The notes: generated from the sequence alone by a model not told the origin. A DNA stretch of 64,000 bases from Candidatus Bilamarchaeaceae archaeon (GCA_038851325.1 JAWCKZ010000004.1:5160-69159), one strand, 5' to 3'; positions 37,743-47,621 are shown, counted from the first letter of the stretch. Numbers and translations are program-made.

Positions 37743-38543
37743 TCACTTCTTTATTCTTCCAAGAATAAATGAATAGCTAAGACCAAAAATCAAAGAAATG
37801 AATATGAACCACCAATATGGTTGGTATATTGTTTTTACATTTACCATAGGAAGAGTAAACGGGAGCTCAACCTTAAACTCAGTTCCATTGTTTATGACCA
37901 CTGCAACATCATGCGCATTTTGCGGTGGCTTTGCAGTTATCCTAACCGTTTCTCCCTCTCCGTAAACATCTTTGTCCGTTGCTATCTCCATGTTTGCATT
38001 CGTCCTATCCACGTAGGCCTCTGTAGTTCTCTCGCCGTAATAGAAGAAGGTTGCATTTCTACCAACCTCTGTGCCGCCATTTAGCGCTCTTACTACAGCG
38101 ATCCATTTTCCATAATTCGCACCGCTTATATTAAAGCAAGCAGTGTATATACCATCGCCAGCCCTCTCATCACAGTTGCTACCATCATCTTTCATTTGTA
38201 GTTTTATGTCATCACTCGTGCTCGGATCAAAATGATTAACAACATATGTAAACAGACCAAAGATCACGAGAATAATGATCATTGGTTTAAACTGATTGAA
38301 CATCATCTTGTTCATCCTTGGCAATAGCGCCATCTGCTCGCTCATAATCTTGTCCATTCTTGCTCTGTCTGATTTTTCGGCTGCTTCCTTGTACTCCTTA
38401 CTTAGTCGCTTCGATTCCTTCTGAATATCCTCTATTTCCCTTCTATCTATCATTCTATTTTGGACCTCTCGCGCAATGATGCTATAGATAATAGCAGCTG
38501 CCGCAACAAGGTAAATATAGAAGGATAAGTCCATAATAATCAT
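37743..38543 (-). CDS. DUF106/EMC3-like (YidC/Oxa1-related) membrane protein with a ~130-aa extracytoplasmic insertion
   Basis: TM1, then a K/E/M-rich coiled coil ending in KPM, then TM2, a beta-rich insertion, and TM3. Its position next to cmk matches the conserved archaeal spc-operon tail. Confidence 0.5.
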   Translation of the reverse strand: MIIMDLSFYIYLVAAAAIIYSIIAREVQNRMIDRREIEDIQKESKRLSKEYKEAAEKSDRARMDKIMSEQMALLPRMNKMMFNQFKPMIIILVIFGLFTYVVNHFDPSTSDDIKLQMKDDGSNCDERAGDGIYTACFNISGANYGKWIAVVRALNGGTEVGRNATFFYYGERTTEAYVDRTNANMEIATDKDVYGEGETVRITAKPPQNAHDVAVVINNGTEFKVELPFTLPMVNVKTIYQPYWWFIFISLIFGLSYSFILGRIKK

Positions 38544-38596
38544 TAAAACGAGAGATTTTATAAATGCTCTTTAACCATCGCGAGCAGGGATAAAAA

Positions 38597-39241
38597 CTAT
38601 TCTTTTTTATAACGCTCGAACGGTCCTTTTGCTTCCTTTACTATTCCTTCTATTTCTGGTTCTGCAACTTCTTCTTTTTTTATACCCTCGCTCTTTGGCT
38701 TTTTTCCAAATTTCTTTTTCTTCTTTATAGCAACTATCTCTCCTGCCCTCTCTCTTTTTTTAAGACCAAGCATCTCAAGAATACTATCTATAATTCTCTG
38801 TAAGAGCGACTTCTTTTTTTCTATTGTAACGCGATATGATGCGGCCATGGGTCCTCCGCTAACCAATCCCCATTTTCTCTGTTCTTCACCAAGGCAGGAT
38901 GCGCAAAGCATTCTATTGTTCCACATGTAAAGCCGCTCTGTTTCTCTCCCGCAGCGTTCGCATCCCTTGCGGTATCTTAGTTGCGGCGCATGCAGTTCTT
39001 CTTTTTTTCGCGGTTTATATTCTTCCTTTTTCTTTTCTGCTTCTCTTAGTTCTACAAGACAGTAAGGGCATACCCACTGCCCCTTATACTGTTGGAGTTC
39101 TGAAAGCGGAATATACATCTGGCATCTCCAACACTGTTTCATTCTTCCATAAAACACACAAGAGCTGCAATACGGAAGCCCGTCACTTCCGTATTCTATC
39201 TCCCCTCTTTTTCCACAGCGCGAACAAACTCCGATAGCCAT
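38597..39241 (-). CDS. Multi-zinc-ribbon protein (seven CxxC pairs), K/E-rich C-terminus
   Basis: CSRCGK ... CSSC ... CWRCQ ... CPYC ... CERCG ... CASC pattern. Confidence 0.4.
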   Translation of the reverse strand: MAIGVCSRCGKRGEIEYGSDGLPYCSSCVFYGRMKQCWRCQMYIPLSELQQYKGQWVCPYCLVELREAEKKKEEYKPRKKEELHAPQLRYRKGCERCGRETERLYMWNNRMLCASCLGEEQRKWGLVSGGPMAASYRVTIEKKKSLLQRIIDSILEMLGLKKRERAGEIVAIKKKKKFGKKPKSEGIKKEEVAEPEIEGIVKEAKGPFERYKKE

Positions 39242-39261
39242 TTTATCGCTTTTTTAATTTT

Positions 39262-40599
39262 TTACTTTATAGGTAAGTTATGCACTATTGCCTTTCTTAC
39301 CTCACTTTCAAGGTAAAAGGTGTACAACTCTCTATTTATTTTTAGTGTATAAGACTTTTTTAGTGAAAAAGGAGGGTTTCTCAAAGCCTCGACTGCTTTC
39401 TTTGTTAGCTCATCTATAGTTTTTCCTCGATTCTCATCAGCAAGCTCATTTTTTGTTACGCGTATGTTTATCGTTATGTCTCGCCCAGGGCCTTCATCAC
39501 CCCATTTTGATGAAGGAACTACCGCCTCAGCCATCCTGATATTTTTCTCATCAGATTCTTTTTCTGCGGAGTTGGTAAAAACAGTAACAGTAATAGTCTC
39601 CCTTTTTTCTTCCTTTTTTTCTTCCTCAAGTTTCATACCAGGTACCCTAACCCTTCTCTCTTCCAACCCGGGAATTTCCAGAGGCTGTTCGGGTGGTGCC
39701 GGCTTTTCCTTCGGAGCGGTCACCTTCTCCTCAATTTCTTTAATGTTATCCTTAAGATTTTTAACATCTTCTCGTGTAACAACACCTCCTTCTGCAAGTT
39801 GCTTGTATCCCTCAAGAAGCTTTGCGAGCTTTTTTGTATCTTCTGTACTTTCTGTCTTATTGATCACTTCGATGGATTTTTTAACAGCAGCAAGAAATTC
39901 TTCAACGTCCTCTGGAAGAAGATAGCCATCTTTTGTGGATTTAGCTTTTTCTAATTCCTTTACTTTCTTCATGGCGATTTCAGCATCGATCTTTGTAGCA
40001 TATTTCTCAAAGGTTTTTTTGTTTCCATACGTAAGCTTTCTCTCCTCATACAATCTTTCAACAGCATCAAAAACATACTTATACTTGTACCAAAGTGTTT
40101 TGTACTTTTTAACCTCTTCTTTGTATTTCCCAACCTTCTTCATGAATTCATCGATTTCTTTTTGCTTTAAGTATTTTTTTGGCTCAAGGATAAGAAACGG
40201 AACACCTTTCTCTATTCCGGTGAATGGCCATTGTTTTGGTTTTGCTTCATAGCTTGTCATGATTGAGCGAATAGTTTTTTCTGCTTCTGCAGCGCTCGAT
40301 ATCTTGTCTGCTTCATATAATGCCTTTATTATTATATCGATTCGTACACTGCCGTCTTTTTCCACTAAGTATTTCATCACAAAATCCTTTGAAAGGGTGA
40401 GCACATTCCACATTTCCGTAAACAAAAGTTTGTCTGGATCGTATATCATTGTTTTCCAAACAAGCCTAACATCGCTCAGAAGAACGCCGTTTTTTATGGT
40501 AGCGGAGGTTTTTACATTTTTAGGAAGGCGCGCATATCTTTCCAGCGATATCTCTTCAGCTTTCTTTATCTCCTTTTCTTTTTGTTTCGCATAACCCAT
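39262..40599 (-). CDS. Hypothetical lysine/glutamate-rich coiled-coil protein, 445 aa
   Basis: ORF only. Low-complexity KE-rich stretches. Confidence 0.4.
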   Translation of the reverse strand: MGYAKQKEKEIKKAEEISLERYARLPKNVKTSATIKNGVLLSDVRLVWKTMIYDPDKLLFTEMWNVLTLSKDFVMKYLVEKDGSVRIDIIIKALYEADKISSAAEAEKTIRSIMTSYEAKPKQWPFTGIEKGVPFLILEPKKYLKQKEIDEFMKKVGKYKEEVKKYKTLWYKYKYVFDAVERLYEERKLTYGNKKTFEKYATKIDAEIAMKKVKELEKAKSTKDGYLLPEDVEEFLAAVKKSIEVINKTESTEDTKKLAKLLEGYKQLAEGGVVTREDVKNLKDNIKEIEEKVTAPKEKPAPPEQPLEIPGLEERRVRVPGMKLEEEKKEEKRETITVTVFTNSAEKESDEKNIRMAEAVVPSSKWGDEGPGRDITINIRVTKNELADENRGKTIDELTKKAVEALRNPPFSLKKSYTLKINRELYTFYLESEVRKAIVHNLPIK

Positions 40600-40652
40600 A
40601 AAATCAACCTTTCAAGTAAATAAGTAGTACTGAAAAAGCCTTTAAATATGAT

Positions 40653-41213
40653 ATGTTTAATGTAATGTTCATGGGGGGTTTTGATTACGCTGCACTTAGA
40701 GAAATGCAACGTCAGGAATTGTCCTCTCCGCGTTTAGCAGCACTGGATGAAAACTTTTATACTCAGATAGCACTATTTCTTTCAGAAAAGAAAAATGAGG
40801 CGCTCTCCTCAAATTCCATGCTAAAAGTTCGTGAATATGAAAACTTACAGAGAATAATCGCCTCTATAAAGGAAAAACGAGAGGAAAAAATCCTTTTAAT
40901 GGCACTTCGAGGAGAAAAAATAAATGGGAGTGCAACGCCCGAAGAACTAACACTGTTTAACAATCTAGTGAATGCCCTAAAAGAGTTCAGAGAAAAAATA
41001 ACTGGAACCATCAAAGTGATATCATCGGACGCAACACACGAAAAGAATGAACAAAAGGATGGACTTATGGTAAGGATTATAAAGGACATAGAGGCATATA
41101 AAGGTTTGGACGGAAATGTGTACGGACCGTTTAAGGCTGACACCGTAATTTCCCTTCCAAGAGCCGAGGTGGAATGGCTCGTAAAGGCAAAAATGGCTGA
41201 AATTTCGAGGTGA
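40653..41213 (+). CDS. GINS complex subunit Gins51 (Gins15/Sld5-Psf1-like)
   Basis: The N-terminal A-domain pattern (RE ... ELSSPRL ... LDENFY ... LF) resembles archaeal Gins51. 186 aa. Confidence 0.5.
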   Translation: MFNVMFMGGFDYAALREMQRQELSSPRLAALDENFYTQIALFLSEKKNEALSSNSMLKVREYENLQRIIASIKEKREEKILLMALRGEKINGSATPEELTLFNNLVNALKEFREKITGTIKVISSDATHEKNEQKDGLMVRIIKDIEAYKGLDGNVYGPFKADTVISLPRAEVEWLVKAKMAEISR

Positions 41214-41503
41214 TTATCATGAAGTTTCCAAAAGAGATTACAGGATTTTGTCCATTCTGTAGGACGCATCAGGTTCATAAGGTAAAGCTTGCGAGCAAGG
41301 GGAGCAGCAGAAGCCTGGCGAGAGGAAATAGAGCATTTGAGAGAAAGCTTCTTGGTCACGGCGGGAAAAGAGCAGGAAAGAAATCAGTTAAGAAACAGGG
41401 AAAAAGACAGAAAGTTATTCTCCAATGCCAAAACTGCAAGAAGAAGCACCAGAGGGTGGTGGGGGCAACCAGGACAACCAAAAAACTTGAGTTAAAGATG
41501 TAG
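41210..41503 (+). CDS. rpl44e: Ribosomal protein L44e
   Basis: CPFC ... HQVHKV ... CQNC zinc ribbon. Basic. Confidence 0.85.
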   Translation: MIIMKFPKEITGFCPFCRTHQVHKVKLASKGSSRSLARGNRAFERKLLGHGGKRAGKKSVKKQGKRQKVILQCQNCKKKHQRVVGATRTTKKLELKM

Positions 41504-41511
41504 GTGTTTTT

Positions 41512-41676
41512 ATGGCTTCTAAGTTTCTTAGGGTAAAATGCAAATGCGGAACAGAACGTGTTGTTTTTAACAAATCAACTACGGAGATAAAATGCGACAA
41601 ATGCGGAACGGTTTTAGTTAGTCAAACAGGAGGAAAGGCCGTGATACATGGAGATATCTTAGAGGAGCTTGGCTAG
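41512..41676 (+). CDS. rps27e: Ribosomal protein S27e
   Basis: Unlisted 54-aa ORF MASKFLRVKCKCGTERVVFNKSTTEIKCDKCGTVLVSQTGGKAVIHGDILEELG, which is the canonical S27e C4 zinc ribbon. Confidence 0.85.
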   Translation: MASKFLRVKCKCGTERVVFNKSTTEIKCDKCGTVLVSQTGGKAVIHGDILEELG

Positions 41677-41691
41677 AATCGCAATTAAAAG

Positions 41692-42480
41692 TTGGACATA
41701 AACGGTGGTTTATTGGAATTCCCGGAGGAGAACGAACTCGTTATAGCAGTTATCAAAAAAATAGTTCCTTATGGCGCTTTTTGTACACTTTTGGAGTATG
41801 GAAATCTCGAGGCTTTTCTTCACATATCTGAGATTGCCCCCAGATGGATAAAGAATATCCATGAGTTTGTATCAGAAGGGCAACGAGTCGTTGCAAAGGT
41901 GCATCACGTTGATAAAGAAAAAAGGCAAGTTGACATCTCACTTAAAAGAGTTACTGAGGAGGAGAAAAGGAAAAAACTTGAGCAGGTAAATTTTGAGCGA
42001 CGCGCTGAAAGGCTTATAGAGGTTGCAATATCAGGAATTCGCGGAAAAAAGCCCGCGCTTGATGAAATAAAGAAAAAAATTGTAGAAGAGTATGGTGCAC
42101 TCTACCCTATCTTAAAAGAGGTCGCTGAAAAAGGCGAGGAACCTTTAGAAGCGCTTGGGTTCTCAAAACAGTTCCAGACAAAACTTGTTGAGGTTGTAAG
42201 AAAGAACATAAAAAAGCCAACAGTCACAACATCTGGTATAATAACACTAATCTGCTATGGTGGAAATGGAATATCTCTTATAAAGAACGCGCTTGGTAGC
42301 ATTAGAAAAGAAGATGGTGTGGATGTACTTTATCTCGGAGCACCACGCTATAAAATCGTCGTAATTGCAGAGGATTACAAAGCAGGGGAGAAAAAACTTA
42401 CAAATGCCGTAAAGCTTGTTGAAGATTTTGCAAAAAAACATGGCTGCCACTTTGAATTCAAAAAAGAGGAATCCGGATGA
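41692..42480 (+). CDS. eif2a: Translation initiation factor 2 alpha subunit (aIF2-alpha)
   Basis: N-terminal S1/OB domain followed by helical and alpha-beta domains. Confidence 0.9.
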   Translation: MDINGGLLEFPEENELVIAVIKKIVPYGAFCTLLEYGNLEAFLHISEIAPRWIKNIHEFVSEGQRVVAKVHHVDKEKRQVDISLKRVTEEEKRKKLEQVNFERRAERLIEVAISGIRGKKPALDEIKKKIVEEYGALYPILKEVAEKGEEPLEALGFSKQFQTKLVEVVRKNIKKPTVTTSGIITLICYGGNGISLIKNALGSIRKEDGVDVLYLGAPRYKIVVIAEDYKAGEKKLTNAVKLVEDFAKKHGCHFEFKKEESG

Positions 42481-42629
42481 AAAAAATGATGCGTTGCGCT
42501 CTCTGCGGTGCCTACACCCTTTCCGATCTTCATTGCGGCAGCAGGACGGTTTCAGCCCATCCGCCACTCTTCAATCCAACTGATCCTTATGGAAAGTATA
42601 GAAGGGCGTTCAAGGGTGTTTCGCCATGA
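42477..42629 (+). CDS. nop10: H/ACA RNP protein Nop10
   Basis: Unlisted 50-aa ORF MKKMMRCALCGAYTLSDLHCGSRTVSAHPPLFNPTDPYGKYRRAFKGVSP. ATGA-coupled on both sides. Confidence 0.85.
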   Translation: MKKMMRCALCGAYTLSDLHCGSRTVSAHPPLFNPTDPYGKYRRAFKGVSP

Positions 42630-43393
42630 AGGAAACAATGATATTTGAACAAAAAAAGATAAAACGAAAGTTAAGAAACCCGATACTTCTTATCGGCTTG
42701 CCCGGCATTGGCCTAATAGGTCAAGTCGTAGGCAAATACATAGTAAAGGAACTTAACGCAAAACAAATCGCTGTTCTTTTCTCACCCTACTTCCCTCACC
42801 AAGTGTTAATGTCAAGAAAGGGCACAATGCGACTTATAAAAAACGCATTTTATATGTACAACGCAAAGAAGTTCGACCTCATTATCCTCGTTGGTGATAT
42901 TCAGGCGATGAGCTCTGTTGGCCAATATGAAGTTGCTGGAAAAATACTCGATTACGCAAAGAAGCTTGGCGTGAAGAAAATAATAGCCGTTGGTGGCTAC
43001 AGCACGGGGGTAGTAACCGAGAAAAGACGAATATTCGGCGTGGTAACCGCTCCGGAGGAAATTAACGAACTTAAAAAGATGGGTGTAGTTTTTGGGGAGG
43101 CAAAGGGTTCGATAGTCGGATCTGCTGGTCTTATTCCAGCACTCGGCGCACTCAGAGGAATAAAAGGGATATGCCTCCTAGGCGAAACACATGGCGGTTA
43201 TGTTGATACAATCACGGCAAAAGAGGTTGTGGCTCTTCTCTCTACCTATCTTGGAATAGAGATAAACCTAAAGAAAATAGATGAACGGGCGAAAAAGAGC
43301 GAGAAGATAATAAAGCGTCTTGAGGAAGAGATAAAAAGGAACATAGAGACCTCTTTTGGCCAAGAGCCATCAAAGATCTCCTATATAAGGTGA
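42626..43393 (+). CDS. PAC2-family proteasome assembly chaperone
   Basis: LLIGLPGIGLIGQV ... N-terminal motif typical of the PAC2 family. The aIF2alpha-Nop10-PAC2 cluster is conserved in archaea. Confidence 0.8.
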   Translation: MKETMIFEQKKIKRKLRNPILLIGLPGIGLIGQVVGKYIVKELNAKQIAVLFSPYFPHQVLMSRKGTMRLIKNAFYMYNAKKFDLIILVGDIQAMSSVGQYEVAGKILDYAKKLGVKKIIAVGGYSTGVVTEKRRIFGVVTAPEEINELKKMGVVFGEAKGSIVGSAGLIPALGALRGIKGICLLGETHGGYVDTITAKEVVALLSTYLGIEINLKKIDERAKKSEKIIKRLEEEIKRNIETSFGQEPSKISYIR

Positions 43394-43399
43394 GGTCTC

Positions 43400-43834
43400 T
43401 TGAGCAAATATAGATACCCCAGAAGAAAGTTGAAAAGGAGATTGCTCGGACAGGTAACCATAGAGTACATGGTGCTCTCTTTAGTTGTACTGGCAATTTT
43501 GGCTGTTGCTGTGACAACACTAATCCAGATTCAAAACTCCTCTTCGAAGGCGCTTAACAATATCGTGTTCAGAAAGTCTGCGCTCGATCTTCACGGCACG
43601 GTTGAAGAGGTGTGTGCGCTTGGTGAAGGGAACCAGAGGGAAGTCTTCGTCTCTCGTAGCATGGAGGTTGAAAAAAACGCTAAAGAACTGAAATTTAAAA
43701 ATGACACGATAGGAGAGATGTCGCTCGGGCTTATTTGCCCAATTGACATAGAGGTGGATAATCCGCTTTATGGAAACGTTTTGGTTATACACGAAGGAGA
43801 TAAAATAAACATTAACAATATTCAAGGAGGATAA
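43400..43834 (+). CDS. Type IV pilin-like protein with class III signal peptide
   Basis: Basic N-terminus, then G|QVTIEYMVLSLVVLAIL, with Glu at +5 from the predicted prepilin-peptidase site. Confidence 0.65.
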   Translation: MSKYRYPRRKLKRRLLGQVTIEYMVLSLVVLAILAVAVTTLIQIQNSSSKALNNIVFRKSALDLHGTVEEVCALGEGNQREVFVSRSMEVEKNAKELKFKNDTIGEMSLGLICPIDIEVDNPLYGNVLVIHEGDKININNIQGG

Positions 43835-43835
43835 C

Positions 43836-46061
43836 ATGGTCTCTTCGCACGCTTTCTTTCGCAGTGTGCTCTTTATTCTTGCCGCGCTCTCTATGCTTTC
43901 GTTTGGGGTTCCAACAGATCTCTCTATAGAAATAAATAACGGCGCTCCTTCAACCAACAGTACCGCTGTCGTATTGACGCTGGGGGCAAATGGTGCAGTT
44001 AATTGTAGTCTCTCAAATGACGCCACAAACTACTGCGAACCATTTCCATTCACATCAACCAAGGATTGGAATCTCTCTACTGGGGATGGTCTAAAAACGG
44101 TGTATTTCAAATGTGCAGATATTGATGGGAACTGGAGTGATCCAGTCAACGATACGATCATTCTGAACACAACACAACCAGACAGCATACCGCCATCAGC
44201 CTCCTCAAAAGCTCCAGTAGGAGTTATCACAAACAGAAGGCCGATTATTTCAGCCATAATCTCAGACAGCGGCGGCTCAGGAATAAATAGCTCAAGTATA
44301 GTATTATATCTTGATGAAAGCACAGTAGTCCACTCTTACAATTCCGAAAGCGGAAATGTCTCCTATATAACATCAACTGATCTAAACCTAACGAGCCATA
44401 CTGTTCGTCTGATTGTCTTTGATAACGCTGGGAATATCCTAAACACCTCGTGGACATTTAATATTTCTTCGGTAGGCGTTGGTTTTGCATCCTTACGACC
44501 TGAAAACAATAGCATAGTGGATAAAAGCGATGTTGAGATATCCGTAACGCTGCAAGACATAGGCGGGGGGATAAACTCCTCAACAATAATAATGCGCTTG
44601 GATGATGACCCTGTTGATTTCGATTACTCAAACAACACCAGAAAGGTAACTTACGAAGGGCATCTCGAAGATGGGAATCACACCGTTACGGTTTCCGCTG
44701 CGGATAACAACGGGGTGCGAAGTTCTATAAGTTGGAGCTTTGTAGTCGACACAAAACCCCCGAGCGTAAGACTTTTTGTTCCTGGAAACGGAAGCGTTGT
44801 TAGCAGGGTATATGAGATTTCAGCGGTTGTGGAGGATGACGGGTCTGGCATCAATAAGAATAAAATATTCATGGAGATTAATCGCGTTGATGTCACTCGT
44901 TCTCTAGAGTTTCATGAAACAGATGGAAGAGTGGTGTTTCGCCCCACTGGAGAACTCGCCGGTGGAGAGTACACAGTGGAATTGTGGGTCCGAGATAAAG
45001 CTGAAAACGAAAAATATGTTAGTTGGATATTTAGGATACCGAGCACTGCACCCTCGTTTTCTTACGCCGCACCAAATGATGGCGCAGTTATAGCCAATTC
45101 TACTCCTGAGATATCGGTAGTTATATCAGAAGGAAGCGGTACTGGAATAAATGTAAACTCGATTAAATTTTCACTCGATGGTACTGTCTTCGATGCGGTT
45201 TTCTCTACAACAACAGGAAAGCTCTCTTTCATACCCGGAGAGCCTCTCAGTGATGGCCGGCATATCGTACACGTCGAAGCAAAGAATAACAAGAATGAGC
45301 GAAATGCGATAAACTGGTCGTTCTCCGTAGACACGACGCCTCCTCAGCCACCCACAGATCTCATGTTAAACAAAACCGAAAATGAAACACGTCTTAGGTG
45401 GACTGCCTCGTCTTCACCAGATGTAAATAAATATCTTATCTACGGCTCTTCGATTGGTTTTAATTCAACAACAGGAAGAACGCCCCTCGCAGAACTCAGT
45501 GGTAACAGCACTTCCTATACTCACAACCAAAGCGGAAGATTCTACTATGCAATTGTCGCAGTTGACAGAACGGGTAATCCTTCTTCACCTGTATTTGCCG
45601 GGACGTGTGCGGCGTTCGAAAATGGTATTTGGATTGATTATGAATGCTGCACGGATATCGAGTGCGCTGAGGGCGAGTATTGCGAAGCAACTACGCACAA
45701 ATGTATTTTACCAGAAAAGAGCGTTGGTATAGAAGAGGCAGAAATGACTATCAGCCTGGCAGAATCCGCGATTCAAAATGCGCAGAATGCTGGAAAGAAT
45801 GTAAGTAAGGCTGAGGAATTTCTTTCTCAGGCACGCAATTCGTATAATGCAGGAAATTATAAGGAAACAGAACGATTGGCACGATTAGCAAGGGATGCTG
45901 CAGTGAATGCTCCTCTTTTAGACAATGTCACTGCTGATAATGAAGAAAAGACTGGTGGAAAGAAGCCGCTACCCTGCATACCTTCTTGCATACTGCCCAG
46001 CGTTTTAGCGCTTTATTTAATAAAGGACCGTCAAATTAAAATAGTAAAAAACAAAAAATAA
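43836..46061 (+). CDS. Large surface protein with four tandem Ig-like repeats, an FN3-like domain, a Cys-rich module and a C-terminal TM anchor
   Basis: Sec signal peptide. Four ~100-aa repeats each carrying D-x-[SG]-G-[ST]-GIN-x-[SNK]-[ST]-I. Then WTASSSPDV ... YLIYGS (FN3-like), CCTDIECAEGEYCE, and a terminal hydrophobic helix plus KNKK. Confidence 0.65.
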   Translation: MVSSHAFFRSVLFILAALSMLSFGVPTDLSIEINNGAPSTNSTAVVLTLGANGAVNCSLSNDATNYCEPFPFTSTKDWNLSTGDGLKTVYFKCADIDGNWSDPVNDTIILNTTQPDSIPPSASSKAPVGVITNRRPIISAIISDSGGSGINSSSIVLYLDESTVVHSYNSESGNVSYITSTDLNLTSHTVRLIVFDNAGNILNTSWTFNISSVGVGFASLRPENNSIVDKSDVEISVTLQDIGGGINSSTIIMRLDDDPVDFDYSNNTRKVTYEGHLEDGNHTVTVSAADNNGVRSSISWSFVVDTKPPSVRLFVPGNGSVVSRVYEISAVVEDDGSGINKNKIFMEINRVDVTRSLEFHETDGRVVFRPTGELAGGEYTVELWVRDKAENEKYVSWIFRIPSTAPSFSYAAPNDGAVIANSTPEISVVISEGSGTGINVNSIKFSLDGTVFDAVFSTTTGKLSFIPGEPLSDGRHIVHVEAKNNKNERNAINWSFSVDTTPPQPPTDLMLNKTENETRLRWTASSSPDVNKYLIYGSSIGFNSTTGRTPLAELSGNSTSYTHNQSGRFYYAIVAVDRTGNPSSPVFAGTCAAFENGIWIDYECCTDIECAEGEYCEATTHKCILPEKSVGIEEAEMTISLAESAIQNAQNAGKNVSKAEEFLSQARNSYNAGNYKETERLARLARDAAVNAPLLDNVTADNEEKTGGKKPLPCIPSCILPSVLALYLIKDRQIKIVKNKK

Positions 46062-46451
46062 ACAAATAGCAGACCGATTAGTTCCTTAAATAATTACGTT
46101 AATTATTCTAGAACCTTGGTCTTCGTGGTCTATAGCAATTACTGCAGTAGACCGGTCTTCCTTCTATGGGCTGAAACGGCACCTGGCAAGGCTGCCCGCA
46201 TTTCGCGCAAACCGCGTCATACATCTTCCTTTCACGGTTATAGCCGCTTCCGCCTTCGCTTTCTCCCATTTATTCACCTACTTTTCACTACCCGTTTATT
46301 AACCAGGCAAAAAAAAGCCACAGTCAACTTTTGGGCATTGTTAGTTATTGGTACACCAGTTATATATAAACCTATGCATTCTGGTATCTTGGTGACAAGT
46401 TCAGTTGAATTGCTTGTCTAGATATTACAAAGGTATTACAAAGGAAAGCTG

Positions 46452-47621
46452 CTAAAGACCTGCTTCTCTTCTAAGAATATCAGCCATATCAGTTCTCTCC
46501 CATGTGAAATCTGGGTCTTCTCGGCCAAAGTGGCCATACGCAGCGGTCTTTTTGTAAATAGGTCTTAGAAGGTTGAGGCGCGCTATCATATCTGCTGGCT
46601 TAAAGGAGAAATGCTTAGAAATAAGCTCCTCTATTTTCTCAATAGGAACTTTATTAGTACCTTTGCAATCTACGTGAATAGAGAGTGGTTTTGCGACTCC
46701 GATGACATAAGCTACTTGTATCTCACATTCATCAGCAAGTCCTGCTGCTACTATGTTCTTTGCTACGTATCGCGCCATGTACGCACCAGAGCGGTCAACC
46801 TTTGAAGGGTCCTTTCCAGAAAAGCATCCTCCGCCATGATGTCCTCGCCCTCCATAGGTGTCCACAATTATTTTTCTCCCAGTAACACCAGAATCGCCGC
46901 TTGGACCACCTATCACAAAACGACCTGTTCCGTTAACGTGAATTATGGTGTTATCATCAAGCCACTTTCCACAAACAGGCCTTATAACATGTTCAACAAT
47001 ATCACGCCTTATTTGCTCAAGTGTTACGTCTGGGTCGTGCTGCGCTGCTATAACCACTGTATGCACTCTTGCAGGCTTATCGTTTACATACTCAACCGTA
47101 ACCTGTGTCTTGCCATCCGGTCTAAGGTAGGTAAGCGTCCTATTTTTTCTAACCTCTGCAAGCCGCATCGCTAGTTGATGCGCAAGTTGAATAGGAAGAG
47201 GCATGAGCTGCGGGGTCTCGTTTGTCGCATACCCAAACATTATTCCTTGATCACCAGCGCCTTGCTCTCGTCCTTCACCAACGTTCACACCTTGTGCGAT
47301 GTCTGGCGATTGTTCGTGAATAGAAACAATTGTTCCACACGAATGACAATCAAACATATATTCGGGAGAGGTATACCCTATCTCTCTTATGACGTTGCGT
47401 GCGACATCTGCAATGTTGACATAACCGGTTGTGGTAACTTCGCCCATGATTATTACGAGTCCGGTAGTAACAGCTGTTTCCACGGCAACGCGTGCTTTCG
47501 GATCTTGTTTCAGCATCTCATCAAGAATTGCATCGCTTATTTGATCGCATATTTTATCTGGGTGTCCTTCTGTTACCGACTCTGAAGAAAAAAGATATCT
47601 TTTTGCCATTTTGTTTATCAC
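46452..47621 (-). CDS. metK: S-adenosylmethionine synthetase, bacterial/eukaryotic MetK type
   Basis: [30 protein letters not shown] and [16 protein letters not shown] are signatures of the bacterial-type MetK, not the archaeal MAT. Confidence 0.9.
   Translation of the reverse strand: MINKMAKRYLFSSESVTEGHPDKICDQISDAILDEMLKQDPKARVAVETAVTTGLVIIMGEVTTTGYVNIADVARNVIREIGYTSPEYMFDCHSCGTIVSIHEQSPDIAQGVNVGEGREQGAGDQGIMFGYATNETPQLMPLPIQLAHQLAMRLAEVRKNRTLTYLRPDGKTQVTVEYVNDKPARVHTVVIAAQHDPDVTLEQIRRDIVEHVIRPVCGKWLDDNTIIHVNGTGRFVIGGPSGDSGVTGRKIIVDTYGGRGHHGGGCFSGKDPSKVDRSGAYMARYVAKNIVAAGLADECEIQVAYVIGVAKPLSIHVDCKGTNKVPIEKIEELISKHFSFKPADMIARLNLLRPIYKKTAAYGHFGREDPDFTWERTDMADILRREAGL

Noticed and set aside
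46116-46421. 101-aa plus-strand ORF in the metK-adjacent intergenic region
   Set aside because: Arg/Ser/Leu-rich translation of a GC-rich hairpin-containing segment, with no start context. More likely UTR/ncRNA sequence.
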